DNA of 64,000 nt from Lepidodermella squamata (Eukaryota > Animalia > Gastrotricha): NCBI GenBank assembly GCA_047495785.1, contig JBLDXI010000033.1, positions 2,046,001 to 2,110,000 on the forward strand. The letters are read 5' to 3'. Below are positions 27,429 through 40,610 of the stretch, in pieces. A program made the position numbers and the translations under genes. The notes beneath the pieces were generated by a model. The model did no database searches. It was not told the DNA's origin and saw nothing but the letters and a program-made list of their open reading frames with translations. Position 1 is the stretch's first letter, and each line of letters opens with the position of its first letter.

Positions 27429-27955
27429 TTAATAATAAATTAATAAAATGGCTTTAATTTTTCACCATTGGAATAATTCTCATTAAAAACGCATGCCAAC
27501 TGCCAACACTAATTCGAGTTCTCTTGGTCAGTCATTTTAGTTTTTTAAGCTGCACTTATAAGAATTCCTTTCATATCATCTTTCATGCCGAAAAAGGCAT
27601 GTCTGGGCTTTACTTTAAGGATAGAATCTGAAACTTCTTGCAGTTAACGTCACCTTTCGCATTGTCAGGATTTATCGATTTTCTTGACCTCGAAATGTTC
27701 TTCCTGTCGATGGATTGTCATCGGTTTAAACAAAGTAATGCGACCGTTGAAGGGTTACAATCATTCAAATGTACCATAACGAGATCTTTATTCTAAAAAA
27801 GCCATTTTGGTGTTACATAAAACAATAATTATGTGAATGGGTGCGCATTTTAGAAACCGTGAGAATCGTGACGCTATCATAGTCAATAAAAAACGGAAAC
27901 AATTAGCCACCGCTTTAGGCAAGTATAAAATCAGTCAGGCCCAAGTTGGTATTTT

Positions 27956-30900
27956 TCACTTATGTCCGTTGTAATTTACAACGGAGGCTTTGGTAGGAGG
28001 TCGCTGCTTGCGACTGCGATCGTGTGTCTCCGGTGCGGAATCGATTTCTTGCGACGGCAATGCAAGGTGCTTTGAGGCGAGCTTATTCATAACAAGCGTT
28101 GTATCTGTTGGACCGAGGCGGAGCGATTCTAACGCAATCAACCGCGGTAGAGCGATAGAGAAATTCACATCGCCAGATGACTGTTGATCGGCGTTAACTC
28201 TAGCGGTATTATTGCCAGAGCTACGTTTGCTGTTGGTATTGCGGGATGACACCGAGTCGATGCTCGTTGAAACTGCGTGGGGGTCCCTGAAGCGGGCTTT
28301 CTCCAGCATTGGCCTCACTTGGTCGTAGTGGACAACATGGCTCATATCGTTAGAAAGAGATGTATCGACCGAAGATTCTTGGCTGCGAATTTGAGGAGGC
28401 GCGAGGCCCCATTCGTCCATTTGACGCACGATTTCTCTCGCCCGAGCCTGTAATTGTAAACAATTTAAAATTAGGTCAAATAAATGGAGCAGATTTTTGC
28501 CTTACCGCGAAACTGTCTCCATTGCCAGTTTGCTTTTCGCTAGTCATGGACATGTCTACACCTTTGCCCCAAAGGCTGGTGTCGATGCGGGTATCCGATT
28601 GCGAAGCGCCAGAGGAAGACTTGTTTCCGCCCGTCTTTTCATCGACTCGCGACATCGGCTTGAGAATCATCGATGTTGAACTAGCAGACAGGCTCACGAA
28701 CTGGTTCTCATCATCGTCATCACTGTCATCACTAGTGTGTTCTTCAAGCCGCGTGTTCTTTATTGTTGAATCGCCGTTCAGATAGGTACAAATCGCTGCT
28801 GCTGTTTTGACGTTATCATCATAACTGCTGCACTGACTATGCGAGTCAGGACCAGCCGTGTCACCACAAACCGAAGATGCTGCCGTATCGTTGCCACAGC
28901 GTTGAAGCCATTTCAAGATGAGACTAGATAATATAGAGATGATCATTTACCAAATCTTTTAAACCAGGCTATTTAATTCTGGATGCTGAACCCGCCCATA
29001 ATAGAAGTGCGTTGGAATCACGACGGTTCAATGCAACGCCAAACAACGATTCATGGCCAGTACTCGATGATCTTAACCTTCCGCGGGCCCTCCCACCGCT
29101 AGGCTACTCAAAATTTAACCATCTGCGAATTTGATTTGTGTCTAAGGTATGTATCGGCTCCATAGCCAACCTTAAGCTACAGGGCGCTAAAGCGAAAGCT
29201 GCGCTCTTTAAGATCAAAACAATTAACAAATTACACAGAAGCGATTCGAGGCTTCACCCTCGTTGAAAATTAGCGTTTCAACTAACCTGCAAGGGTCGTA
29301 TTGCGTATCTTTTTCGTCGGCCACAACACTCCCAGTATTGTGCGCTCCTTGCTTTTCTTTTATTGTGTTATTAGCGTCTGCCGGCTTCTGCTTTTTGCCG
29401 CTGGGAAGGCAGCAGCCGGTGTCCACGATTTCAGGTTGCTTTCGGGTGGCTTTCGAGCAAACAGATTGCACAATTAATTCATCGTGGCTGCAACATTGCG
29501 AGCACCGACTACTTGCTGGATTATTATTATCTAAGCTGAGTCTTGGAATGTCGACAAACTGCTTGTCATGTGAGGCGAGAGATTTCGGCGAATTCAGCAT
29601 TAAAAGGGACGTCCCGACGCCAACACAAGCGTCTCGGAGGGTTCGAGCTGATAGCTGACTATCGCCAGATGTCCCACTCGCTTTTGTATTGGTCGTGCTT
29701 GCTCTATTCGTTTGAGGCGGCGAAGTGACGACGCTATCAGCCGTAATTGAAGTCGTAGTTTGACTGATCATGGTCGACGAAAGCTTAGGCGGTTGAGCTG
29801 AATGGTGCCACATAACTTCCACCTTTTGGCGCATTGCCCGCCATTCGTCTTCAAAATCAGATACAGAAGCTACCGATGACTTTGTACCAGAGTTCCTTAT
29901 CTCCGATATAGGCATTGGCATGCGCAAGTCGTTGGAGTTACGAGGCGTTGAAAGAGAGGTCACCGAGTTCAAAACGTTGTTAGCTGGGCGATTTTTGGCC
30001 GCAGCAGATGATGGCGGCAGCCATAATGACACGTCTGGTACACTAGGAACTGTGGCCGCCGGAGCAGGTTGAGGTAGAGGCGCTGGCTTCCTGCGAAACG
30101 AAGCCATTGCGGAAGGCGGTTCTGAAACATAATCGGTCTCGTCGTCTTCAAAAGGCTGGTCTTCGTTGGAATCGTCAAAAGACTCATGTCCATCAACAAC
30201 GGCTGATGCAGCTCTACCCATGATGAAGTCAAGCTTCAACTTCTGAAATCTGTCGCCAGCAACTGATGGCGGGGGCAACAGTGTAGTTGCCGTAAGAATT
30301 GTGAAAGTTGGCTGAAGAGCAGGGCTGGCAGACAAATTTAATAATCATTATTTGAGAAATAAGCAAGCCAAATTTGCTCACCTTATTCTGCACTCGAAAA
30401 AGCTGACATTTTGAGGTTGACGAGGTACATTGTTAATGACTGCTAGTAAAAAGAACGGGGTGTTTTGCGTTGAAATAAGCGGCAAAGACTGCGTCCGATG
30501 ATTGGCGGTGAACGAGGGCATCAACCGACGCTTTACTAACTGCCGGTCGAAAACGTAGCGCATACAAGTGGCGTATATTCTGAGGTCCTCAGCTGGCGAC
30601 AAATTATTGCCAGCGACCCACCTAAGCACATAACAAACTGTTAAACTGAAATATAGAAATCTGTCAACTTACACTCCAACTATGTTCGGATCGGCAGTAT
30701 TTGGTAGCTTGAGAACTTCACTGTCCAGCATAAAACCTAATGATGAAGCCAAGCGGTTAGTAGATGACCGCAACGTAATATATCTATAAAGAGAGGTAAA
30801 AAGTTGTGGCTCAGTAAATATATCAGCCGAAGCAACCTACCCAGCACGGAAAGCCTGCCTGCTCTGAGAAGACAGGATTGGTGGCAGAAGGTCGGACACT

Positions 30901-31699
30901 GCGATACCACCAAATAATTCTGGCGGAACATTAACTGGTGAGAAAGTAGCGGTATTCGTGGGCACTGATATCCTTAGGTCTGCTCTAGTTACGGTCGCCG
31001 GCGCAGTTGAGTGTGGTGAATTTGGTGAAACGGATAGTTGTAGTGAAATACAACAAGCGATGATATCACGGAGAGATGGAGCAAATCCACGCTCATCAGC
31101 CGCCGGAACTAGGTTTGCAAGCGAAAGCTATGAAAAAACAATAAAATATTTTCCATTTATGTTAGACATGATCTTACTTCTCGCAATTCAGATTTTGAAA
31201 TTCGACGATTCTGCAATGGGACGTAAGTTATATTGCTATTATTTTCAGGGAGGAAGTATAAAACTACCAAGAAGCACGGTATAATGACGTCGTCTTGACC
31301 CAAGCATACTGATGGTTCGGGAAAAAGGTTGCAGCTGGTATTATATTTTCCAACTTGCCCTGCGTCGTATCGATCGGCATAAACATCGAGTACAACTGAG
31401 AAGTAAAACAACCGCTGTTTGTAATAAGCTATTCATTCAACTTAAAAGCTCACTTGTCGACTTGGATGGCGAAACAGAACCTAAGAATATGCAGGAATTT
31501 AGGCTCAGCGAGGTTCGAGAAACATTTGAAAAGCTAGAAGCGGCTAATCGGACAGTTTTTTCATCAATATGGACAGAGACATCGCTAGAATTAGACATAT
31601 ATTGTCATAATTGAAAAAAATCTCGTGCGAAACTTACCAGTTCGCAGGAGAGATGTTGATCGAAGCCCCATTCGGCTGAATAATGAATTGTTTTGACAT
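27956..31699 (-). CDS. Uncharacterised multi-exon Ser/Thr/Pro-rich protein; exon joins and start uncertain
   Basis: Chain of minus-strand ORFs (30378-30629, 29223-30335, 28476-28946, 27956-28429) separated by AT-rich intron-like gaps. No recognised domain. Confidence 0.55.
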
Positions 31700-32568
31700 C
31701 TATAAATAAAAATCGATACCGTTTTCAATCACCCAAGACACGAAAAATATGAGGGGTAGAAAGATTGGCAGAAAGACATCGCTTCCCAGCCCAAGATTCG
31801 TGATTCACATGTTCTTGGCAAAAAATAAAACATTATTGCAACATTAAGTATTTACGTATTCACCAGGTATCAGGTATATATAAAGGTGTAAATCGGATTT
31901 CACTTTCAATATAAGATTATATTTACTGCAGTATCACTTGAAAGTAATGTACTAGGTAGACGGTGGACTAGGAATTCAGAAATGCATCACGAAACACGAA
32001 AGGACGTAACGCTAAGAGCGAACTTTGCAGATTAAGTAGTATTGCCCGCCAAAAAATGATTTAATCGGTCGCAGCCAAGCCCCATGCTTTAACCGGTAAT
32101 TGATATCTGCGTTTGACCGCGAAGACCCGAACACTGACTGAATACTAGACACGAAAGGAGGACGATGGACGGATGGCTACGGCTTAACTCAAAGGCAGAT
32201 CATGCAATTCTGCGCAACTTTTCAATTTCATTTTCAAAATAGCCGCCTTTTTCAAGCTTTTTAATTATTGGTCAGAAAATATCAGACTTCTAGGAAATAT
32301 AATTATTATATTATGCTACCATCATTTTCAGTGTAAAATTTTAGCAAATAAAATAAACGACAAAAATAAATTACACTGCGCAAAAAGTCAGGTCTCTCTC
32401 TTCTTCTTGCGGGAGAGGGTTCTTGTTGGAGGTCTCTTTGGGAGCGAGGCAGCTCCCCGGTAGCTTGAAGCTTTGAAGCTTGACGCTTGACGCCCGTGTC
32501 TGTGAGGTATAGGGTATAGGCTCGTCACGTTTTTATGAGCTATCACAGGCCTCTAAATACCGTCAAAT

Positions 32569-33344
32569 GTAGTAGTAGTAGTAATAGTGTTCATGTTTTA
32601 GAAACATTTCACTGCTCTCCAAAGGAGGCCGCAACATCCACCACCTTCTTCCAACACTCACGATCAGCAGCCACTTCCCTCAAACGAGTAATGTCGTCCA
32701 GACAGGTTATCGATTCCGGAAGGATCGGGTACTCAACATTTGAGAAACGACCATCATAGTTGTGGTCGTGACGAACACGGATAGCACTGTTTATGTTTGA
32801 AAGTTCTTTCGACAACAGCTTTGGAAGGGTAACGCGCGCTCGGCCAAGATATTTCTTTTCACCAGTTTTGACGTAATTTGACATTGCTAACTGGACAGGG
32901 GCGTGCCATGGCTTACGAAGCGCGTGGCCGAGGTATCGCCATCGCATCTTCCTGACTGTATCAGACAGTCTCGATGTATTCGTTCTGGCATACAAGGCTT
33001 CATTGCTGATGGTATCTGGGTACCTTATACCAAGTAGCCGTCTGAGCTGCTTTCGATGATGAGAGTCGAGGCGATTCCACTGCGCTTTGGTCAAACCCCA
33101 TGTACTACAGTTGTATAATAAGATAGGCAACACATATGCATTGTAAAGTCGAACTTTCCTTTGGACAGAAATATAGTTCGACCTTAGCCACAAAGCTTCC
33201 ATTCTAGTGAAGGCGATAATCGACATTCTTATCCGGTTCTCAAGGTCTTCCTTATCTCCGAGTAGGCTTCCAAGCTTTTTCTCATTTCTCCAGCCACTTT
33301 CATCTTCATTGCTTCTTTGTACCAATACTTTGCTGGTTTTGCTG
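32569..33344 (-). mobile_element. 5'-truncated non-LTR retrotransposon, RTE-like (RT C-terminal region), with 7-bp TSD
   Basis: Intact ORF containing LYNAYVLPILLYNCSTWGL...LRRLLGIRYPDTISNEALY...RWRYLGHALR; (TAC)n tail; GTCAAAT at 32562-32568 and 33345-33351. Confidence 0.88.
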
Positions 33345-33899
33345 GTCAAATATTGCTCGGAATAGCTGCCCTTGAAGCTAGCGATGTCCCTGGTCCTTAT
33401 TCCTGTAGATGTAATGCACTATTCAGATCGGTGCGTGGAGTTGAAGAAAAAAGGCTGCCTTTCATGTACCGCTCCTCCGAGAATGCTCGGCCTAATGTGG
33501 TCAGCAGATAGCAGAGTAAGACATTGTTCCGATAAATGTTTTCAGATATAACGGAGCAGGGAGCTAAGAGCTCATAAAAAGATTGTGTCCGGGTAATTAT
33601 CTTGATTTCGGAAACAACAAACAACCAGCAATGAGCAATGAAGAGCGAAGAGCTATGGACAATTACTTGCAGCCTGGAACCTGAAACGAACGTGTCTTGG
33701 GTCAAGGGCAACTGACCCTGCGAGATATCAAAATAAATGCAGAAGATGAACTCCGCTATTTCGAACTTGAACGAGAAGCATAACAGCTGTTCGAATATTA
33801 TCCTCAGCAAACCTGATACGTATCTGAAGTCGACGGGACATGTGACATGTGCCAGCGGCTGGCAGGCACAAGTTTTATTCCGGCCGCTAACCCTAGCCT

Positions 33900-34130
33900 A
33901 TCAGAGTGGCACCAACCCGTATGAAATTAGTCAAATCGATCTTGAAAATGAGTGGCCTCCTACGTTCAATCTTGTAAACCTAATCTGCCTCATACAACGA
34001 AATGGCTTGCAACTCCGACCGAAAATGCTGGATGCTGGAAAACCGAAAACCGCGGTGACATTTTCGGCCTCCTTCTGCTAGCAGTGAAATGCTAACGTGA
34101 ACACTATTACTACTATACTAATAATAATAA
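33900..34130 (+). mobile_element. Older degenerate copy of the same LINE 3' end, opposite orientation
   Basis: CGGCCTCCTT..GCAGTGAAATG..TGAACACTATTACTACTA at about 34065-34116 matches the reverse complement of 32569-32631. The 5' boundary is uncertain. Confidence 0.7.
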
Positions 34131-34352
34131 CAAGTATAGGTTTAGGTTATATGTTGCTTCTATCTTGGGACGAGGTTAGATTGGAAAAAAACCAACTTGG
34201 GTCTTCTAGGGATGGTTGTAGAAGTCTATTGCCTAAAATTACTGTATATAATTCAAAGCTTCCACCATATTCTTGATTCAAACTACTTTTACCTACATAT
34301 CTGATGAGTTTACAATTTATTTCCTTTAGGTTGTGCGTTTACTTTGTGTAAA

Positions 34353-35332
34353 ATGTCTTCAGAGTACACTTTTATTTCAAAGGAGCTCTCTGGGTTGGGT
34401 TTTTTTAATCTGTATTGCTTAGATTTACTATTTCGGCTGTTATAGACCTGCGCAACTTGAGGCCGTGCATAAGCGACCAGCGCAGCACTACACCGCTGGC
34501 AGTGAAAAGCAGCTGGAAGAGGAGCGCATGTAAGTAACCTTTCCAAGGCGTATTTGTGTATTTTTATTTTTTCTGTTTGAATTAGTCGCAATTTAAAAGC
34601 CGTTCACTACCCGTGGGAAAAATCATGGCACACCAAGCAATTCATTGGTCCTGTAAGCGAATACGGTCTTCTTGGTTACGCGATTCCAGCCTTTCGCTAC
34701 TCATACTATTCGACTCCTGAGGGTCACGATTGCCATCTCAAAGCCCTGTGGTGGGTCAAATATGGCAGTTTAACAGGTTTGCGGTTGTTTTCAAAGACTT
34801 AAGCAATGTAAAATATAAAAATGTCGGACAGGATTTTCCTGGGCTGTTTTCCACGGGCTTGGAAACATTTCTGCCAACTCAGAGAGCAAGATGCAGAAAC
34901 TGTTGCGCTACACCAAATGCGTTGGAACACCGGGTTGGTTGATTTTTCTCCGACTTGAAAAGCTTATTTATTAAGCATTATATTACAGCCCTTGCTGGCG
35001 TCACTTATGCTGCGTTTTCATGCGTTGGAGTTCAACTGCGTGGCCGCGATGATGTATGGAACACTGGCTTCGCTGGCGTTGCTGCTGGTGGCGTTGTGGG
35101 CGCCTGCTTGAAATCTGCCGGCTGGGGTTCGACTTGGGCTCTGATTTTCGGCCTTTCCGGCATGTTGGTCAAATATCTTCAGCAACACAGCAGTGAAATG
35201 CAATTGGGACCTGATCGATTCATCCCTCGTGATGCTCGTATGATTTGGGGCTACGAGAAACAACACCACGACCCATGGTTCCGGCAAAAGGTCGAAAATC
35301 GCCCGAGCACCAATGCTATTCGTCAGTCGTAG
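34353..35332 (+). CDS. NDUFA11: Complex I accessory subunit NDUFA11 (Tim17 family) with N-terminal extension; 5 exons
   Basis: YYSTPEGHDCHLKA and LRGRDDVWNTGFAGVAAGGVVGA motifs. Upstream exons splice in frame from ATG 34353. Confidence 0.82.
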
Positions 35333-35700
35333 CTTTTTACGCGATTTCTTTCACCATCATTTACTCCCTGATTTTGCCGAAATCATAGAATAATGCTATT
35401 GCCCGAAGAACTGTCGGTTTCCTCCTTAAAATTGAGAATGTTGGCGGGTTTTAGAACCAGTGATGCCACAATTTCGAAATAATTATTTGTTTTCACTGCC
35501 CTGTAAGGTACGAAAGCGTGATGATAATAAATAAAACGTTGATGACTTGGATAGACTGTTTATTTTATGAGATGCAAGATAAATAATTCGCAATCAATAT
35601 TTCACAATTTCAGATGCACATGAGAACGATATAGCGTCACACATTAACGTGATGGAATACCTTTTAGCAGTTAAACTGACTGTGCTTCATTTCTCATGGG

Positions 35701-38694
35701 TTAATAAGCCTTGTAGGATGAAGATTGGGTTACCGGTGCTCCGGTTGAAGCAACCCCACCTCCACGCTCCCGCTTTAGCTCAGCTTCAACTTTCGCCTGT
35801 ATTTTCTCCCAATCCTGAGAAGCAGCCACGACTTCACTCTGTAAATATAGAATAGAAATTACTAATATTCAAGCTGAAAACCTTGAAAGCTTACGCTGGA
35901 CTCGGTCAACTGCAAGTATTTTTTGTTGTTTTCTTGTCGGCCGAAGTTGTCCAAATATTTGGCTCGGTAAGCCAAAACTACATCCAAATGGGTTCGGTAC
36001 TTTTGAGCCAAGTCCAGAGCTCTGTTAACAAATTTTCAATGGAAACTAAAATGCGGAATTAATTCATATCTCACCTGTCCCAATTGTACAGTTCAATATT
36101 CATCATAATTGCACGGAAATTCAGTCCAGCTTGTAGAAGAATCGACTCAGCTTCTGGAATATTGCCACAGAACAAAGCCAATTCAGCTGATCTGAGCTCT
36201 TTGGATGGCAGTTCTCGAATGTGAATTAAATGCTGAACCCTGTCTGCTTTATCAATTGCGGCATAGGCGACTTCAGCAGCGGGTAGATTTTTCGCATAAG
36301 CAGCTAAACCAGCTAGACAGCTCCACAAAATATCGTTCTGAAATAATAGGTACATGAAAATATTCCTAATTCCAATCAGTCATTAATACTTTGGCGAATC
36401 GGCAAAGACGGATGGCATCGTCCCATTTGTTGCCATTAACTGCAACATGAAGCTGTAGAGGATACGGATCGATCGGGACAACTGCAACAGCGCCATCGAT
36501 GCGACGGACGGATAAGCGGTTTCCTGTAAATGAGAGGAGCGTCGGCTCTCGGCCGTAAGTACTAGCATCGATAGTCAGACAAGTTTTCGAGAGAAGTTCG
36601 CGATCAGCAAGCACACAATTCGGGTAGCACCACACAATGAATCGGCCTTCTGACTGTGTTGCCAACATAGGTGCTTCATCGTGCCAGCAAAGGTTGCTTG
36701 TAACCCCGCCTAGATCAACGAAACTGTTTTCGCGATGGGCAAAGATCAAGAGAACTTACTCAGCTTATACACCCGTCGTGGTTGAGTTCCGAACACGCGA
36801 ACCGAAGCCAAGTTCAAATCGCCATTTTTGTCAATGAAAGCAATCCTCTGTTCAGTTGGATTAGAGCTCTGATCCAAGCCGAGAGCTACAACATCGGCGG
36901 TGTGGCTAAATGGCTTTCCTTCACCTACGGGCTTTCCAGTTTGTGTCTCAAATAGGTGAATAACTTGAAAAATATATTATTTCATTCAAATTTAATTTCC
37001 AAAATTTAATATTAAACCTTTTTTGTCCGCGCGATCTCGGAGAGCAACTGTCGTGGGCGATAGGGAAAGAAGTTGACGAGAAAGCAAATCTGTTCTAGTA
37101 CCAGCAGGCAAACGGGGCGCTGATACCAGGCGACCGTCATACGAGTAAATGTAGAGACCAGAGCCATCTGCTAGGCAGAACAGCCTTTCAGCTTGCACGA
37201 TTAACGAGACGTTTCCCTCTTTCGGCTCGAATATTATTGGCGTATTCCAGTTTCGACTTCCATATACGCAACATTGAGCAGAAGTGATTAGTATTAGCTG
37301 ATTGAAGCCAACAGAAGCATGAATAATGCGATCTCGAACTTCGAGTTTTTCTGTCGCTCCGGTTAGAACGTCCCTGACAATGACCAATTTTGAATCAGTA
37401 ATTGAAACTTGCAGGTGCCTCCACTCCAGATTTCGATCAATTGCCGTTGCTGTTATGATTTGGCCGTTACCACACGCTGCGGCCAATTGCGTGCCATCAG
37501 GAGACCATCGGATGGATAGCAGATTGCCGGTGCCGCTTAGTTTGTCCAGCGAATGGGACCACTAAGATTATATCAAATGGCATGAATTAAATTCAAAATT
37601 AAATCAAGAAATTCAAAAAATACCCCGGCTTTATCGCACAGTCGCAACATGTTGAAGCTCCCAACAGCGAAGACGGAGCCGTCACCGTTCCAAGCCAAAG
37701 ACGTTACAGGACTGGGAAGGGTGGAGCTTACAAACAGCGAACGACCAAAAGCGTCCCAAATCTTGGAGAAATGGTAAATCGATAAGCTTAACATGAAATA
37801 GTAAATTAAAGCTTACCTTGTATTGCCTATCTTCGCCCCCAGATATAATCAAGCTGGATGCAGCATGCCAATCTACGCGTAAAATTAGTCCCTCGTGGGC
37901 TTTCCATTGCGTCGGCTTAGCACCACCTTGTAAAGATCGAATCATCAGCGATCGATCGACAGCGCACAACACTTGGTCTGAATCTGGTGACCAGCAAGCA
38001 GTATAGATCGGTAGTGCTGAAAATTATGCTATTAACCAATTTACAGGAATAAAATTTATGGTGCTTACGATTTTGAAATACGGTAGACCTCAGCATGCCA
38101 CCACGCGACCATATTTTCACCGAACCATCCTCGCCAGCAGTCATTACAGTCGATGCATCGCTGCCCCACCTCACCAAAGTAATCGCTCCTTGGTGTGCTT
38201 CGATAGCTTTTTCAACTCGGCCAGACCGGGAGATGAAGTGAAGTTTACCTTAAGAGAGGTGGTGTCAAGTTCAAGTTGAAGAAAATTATTGGATGAAACG
38301 TACCATCAGCAGCACCCAGAGCAAATAGCTCAGATCCCGCACCCTTTCGGACTGCTCCGCCTCCACCTGCCGCCAAACCACCAGTACTTACGACAGGCAG
38401 AAAATCCAGATCAGTGGGATTAATGTCGTCCGGTAGCTTGATAAGGGTTTGACTTTCGCCTATATGAAAATAATATAAATTCGCTCAATGATAAGCCTCG
38501 GATATATTCACCATTGAACAAGTTCCATTTCAAGATTTTTCCATCATCTGCAGCGGAAATTAGCTCATCGCCTGCCGACCACCCGACAGCACTGACCAAA
38601 GCCTGATTTTGCAAAATGTAAAAGGATACCCTGTCTATCATAGATAACTTACCTGATGTTTCCCGTCTTTGGGAATGTTTAATTTGAGCTTCAT
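35701..38694 (-). CDS. IFT80: Intraflagellar transport protein 80
   Basis: [14 protein letters not shown]|ALVSAVGW; [20 protein letters not shown]; [16 protein letters not shown]; [10 protein letters not shown]; [11 protein letters not shown]; about 10 GT-AG introns. Confidence 0.95.
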
Positions 38695-38979
38695 TTTGAA
38701 TTTCTTTAATTAAAATTCTAAAAACAACAGGCCAGAGTTCTGAGTTGTATATGGGTACTTTCAATTTCCACTTATAATAAGAAAATAATTCATTATTCAT
38801 TAAATAAAATAAGAATAAAGGTATTTGTTCAAGTTTTGCTAGAATCACCAAGGCAAGAGAAAAATCACATAATCATGATATATCGAACCTGAATTAAACG
38901 CTATCGCAACACCGTAAGTTAAGGGCTGATAGATATTTTCATAGCAGACATGACTAATGCATTGTTAACACTTTCACAT

Positions 38980-39543
38980 TCACTTGCAATGCGTTGCGTC
39001 GCTACCAAATTGCTTTGGTATAACAAACTCCTTGACTCGCTGAAGCTCACCAGTCCTGTCCTTGTAATACTCCATATGTTGGCTAACAGCCTGAAAATAA
39101 ATGTATGGCTTCACATTTGATTTCTTTACTACAATGAGATTCATACGTCAGCATATTTTCCAAGAGTTATGTCTCGAGCACGGTCAGTGGTACTTGGGTC
39201 ACATTTCGGCAGAATCAGAAATCGATTGCGGTCCTGAGTGCGGGCGCCAATGACAAGATGCGGGTCATGTGAATACAACGTAGGGAAATATCCACCCTTG
39301 TTGTACGAACCAGAGCTTTTGTTCAGAGTTTCGCTGCGATAATCTTGAAAATATTTTTGAGTCAAGTGACCATATGTATCTCCGTATTCTGCGCTTATCC
39401 GAGGAATATGGCCACCATATCTGTATTTTTAAATTAAATAACACTCCTCATAATGAAGAAAAAAATTACCCTGGAACCATTGATGGCGGCAGGTAAGTTG
39501 CCTTGTGTGTTGTGATTAAAGTGCCTGCCTGGCGTGTAGCCAT
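38980..39543 (-). CDS. CIMIP2C: Ciliary microtubule inner protein 2C (FAM166C/C2orf70-like); 3 exons
   Basis: MATRQAGTLITTHKATYLPPSMVPG|YGGHIP...KYFQDYR...GGYFPTLYSHDP...HMEYYKDRTG closely parallels the recalled C2orf70 sequence. Confidence 0.85.
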
Positions 39544-40500
39544 TTTTTATAATCCAATAAGTAAACCTATAAAAGCATTGCGAAAAAATTATACAGCACA
39601 GTATGGAGCCCGGAACTTGGACGTAAAAATGCAATATTTTAGCAGGAAAGAGAACGAACAGAGAACTCGTTGTAACTTAAAAATTACGCAGTCTGATTTA
39701 CTACGTTAGACCGTACTGTTCTCATCCGTGGATCGAAGGCGTGGAGTCAGTACAAGCCTTTCATTCGAAAGCTAACAATCTCAAGGCTAGTCGCAAACCG
39801 CCATGCAATTCTTAGCCCACACCTTGTGCCTTGTCAAATCATCAAAAAATCAGTGCTTGGTGTGATTGGATGGATAGTCTCCCAATGATATACTTAGTTT
39901 TAAGGGTTGGGATTGCGATGACGATGCTTTGTGACACAAAGTACTTAAATTGAGAAATAAATAACGGCTCTACTGTGATATACTGATCAAGCTTTGCTTT
40001 CGCACAGAAGACAGCGGAAGTAGCTTGGAGAACGCTTTTCGACGGGTGCTTGTTCCTCCAAATCAAATAAATGTCGTGAATCAGAGACTCAACATAACTT
40101 CCCTGATTCCAGCACTTGCAAGTCTCTAAAAGTCTTCTCTGACGCTGAGCCTTGACAGGTCTTATCATAGCTCGGATCGCTCTGATATCTGATATGGACT
40201 AAAAATGTCGCATTACTCAGACGTGAGATTTGAGGAGCTGGATTTTGATGGCTTTCCAAGATTCCATTCCGCTTCGTTTTGACCAGCCATGGCTTCCAGT
40301 GGTCGCTAGGAAAAAGCGTCATTGGGAAGTTTTGACCTGTAAATATTATAATTTAACATTCCATATTAAAAATAAATTGTTCAACAAAAATCAAATTCTT
40401 ACATATGTTGCGTCCTTAGTTTCGGCGCTAACTTTTGGAAAATTATGAATGAGCAACGTGTTGAGCACTTCGCTTGCCGACTAATTGAGCTTAGAGAGAT

Positions 40501-40515
40501 TTTGCTTAAAGCAAC
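40501..40515. promoter_or_regulatory. Candidate RFX X-box in a divergent promoter between ciliary genes
   Basis: TTTGCT-TAA-AGCAAC: exact RGYAAC half-site plus a near-palindromic second half, about 100 bp upstream of the WDR49-like ATG. Confidence 0.45.
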
Positions 40516-40610
40516 ATTCTATATGTCTTAATTTTGCGGAGAATTGGGATGCTCAGATATTAATATCTGCCAGTTGGTATTTTCCGGCTTTATACGACAT
40601 TTGTTGAGAG

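Noticed and set aside
28900-29180. Three in-frame TAGs suggesting stop readthrough or recoding
   Set aside because: Ordinary introns explain the region, and TAG is a normal stop in USP24, TM9SF4, PAK1IP1 and NDUFA11.
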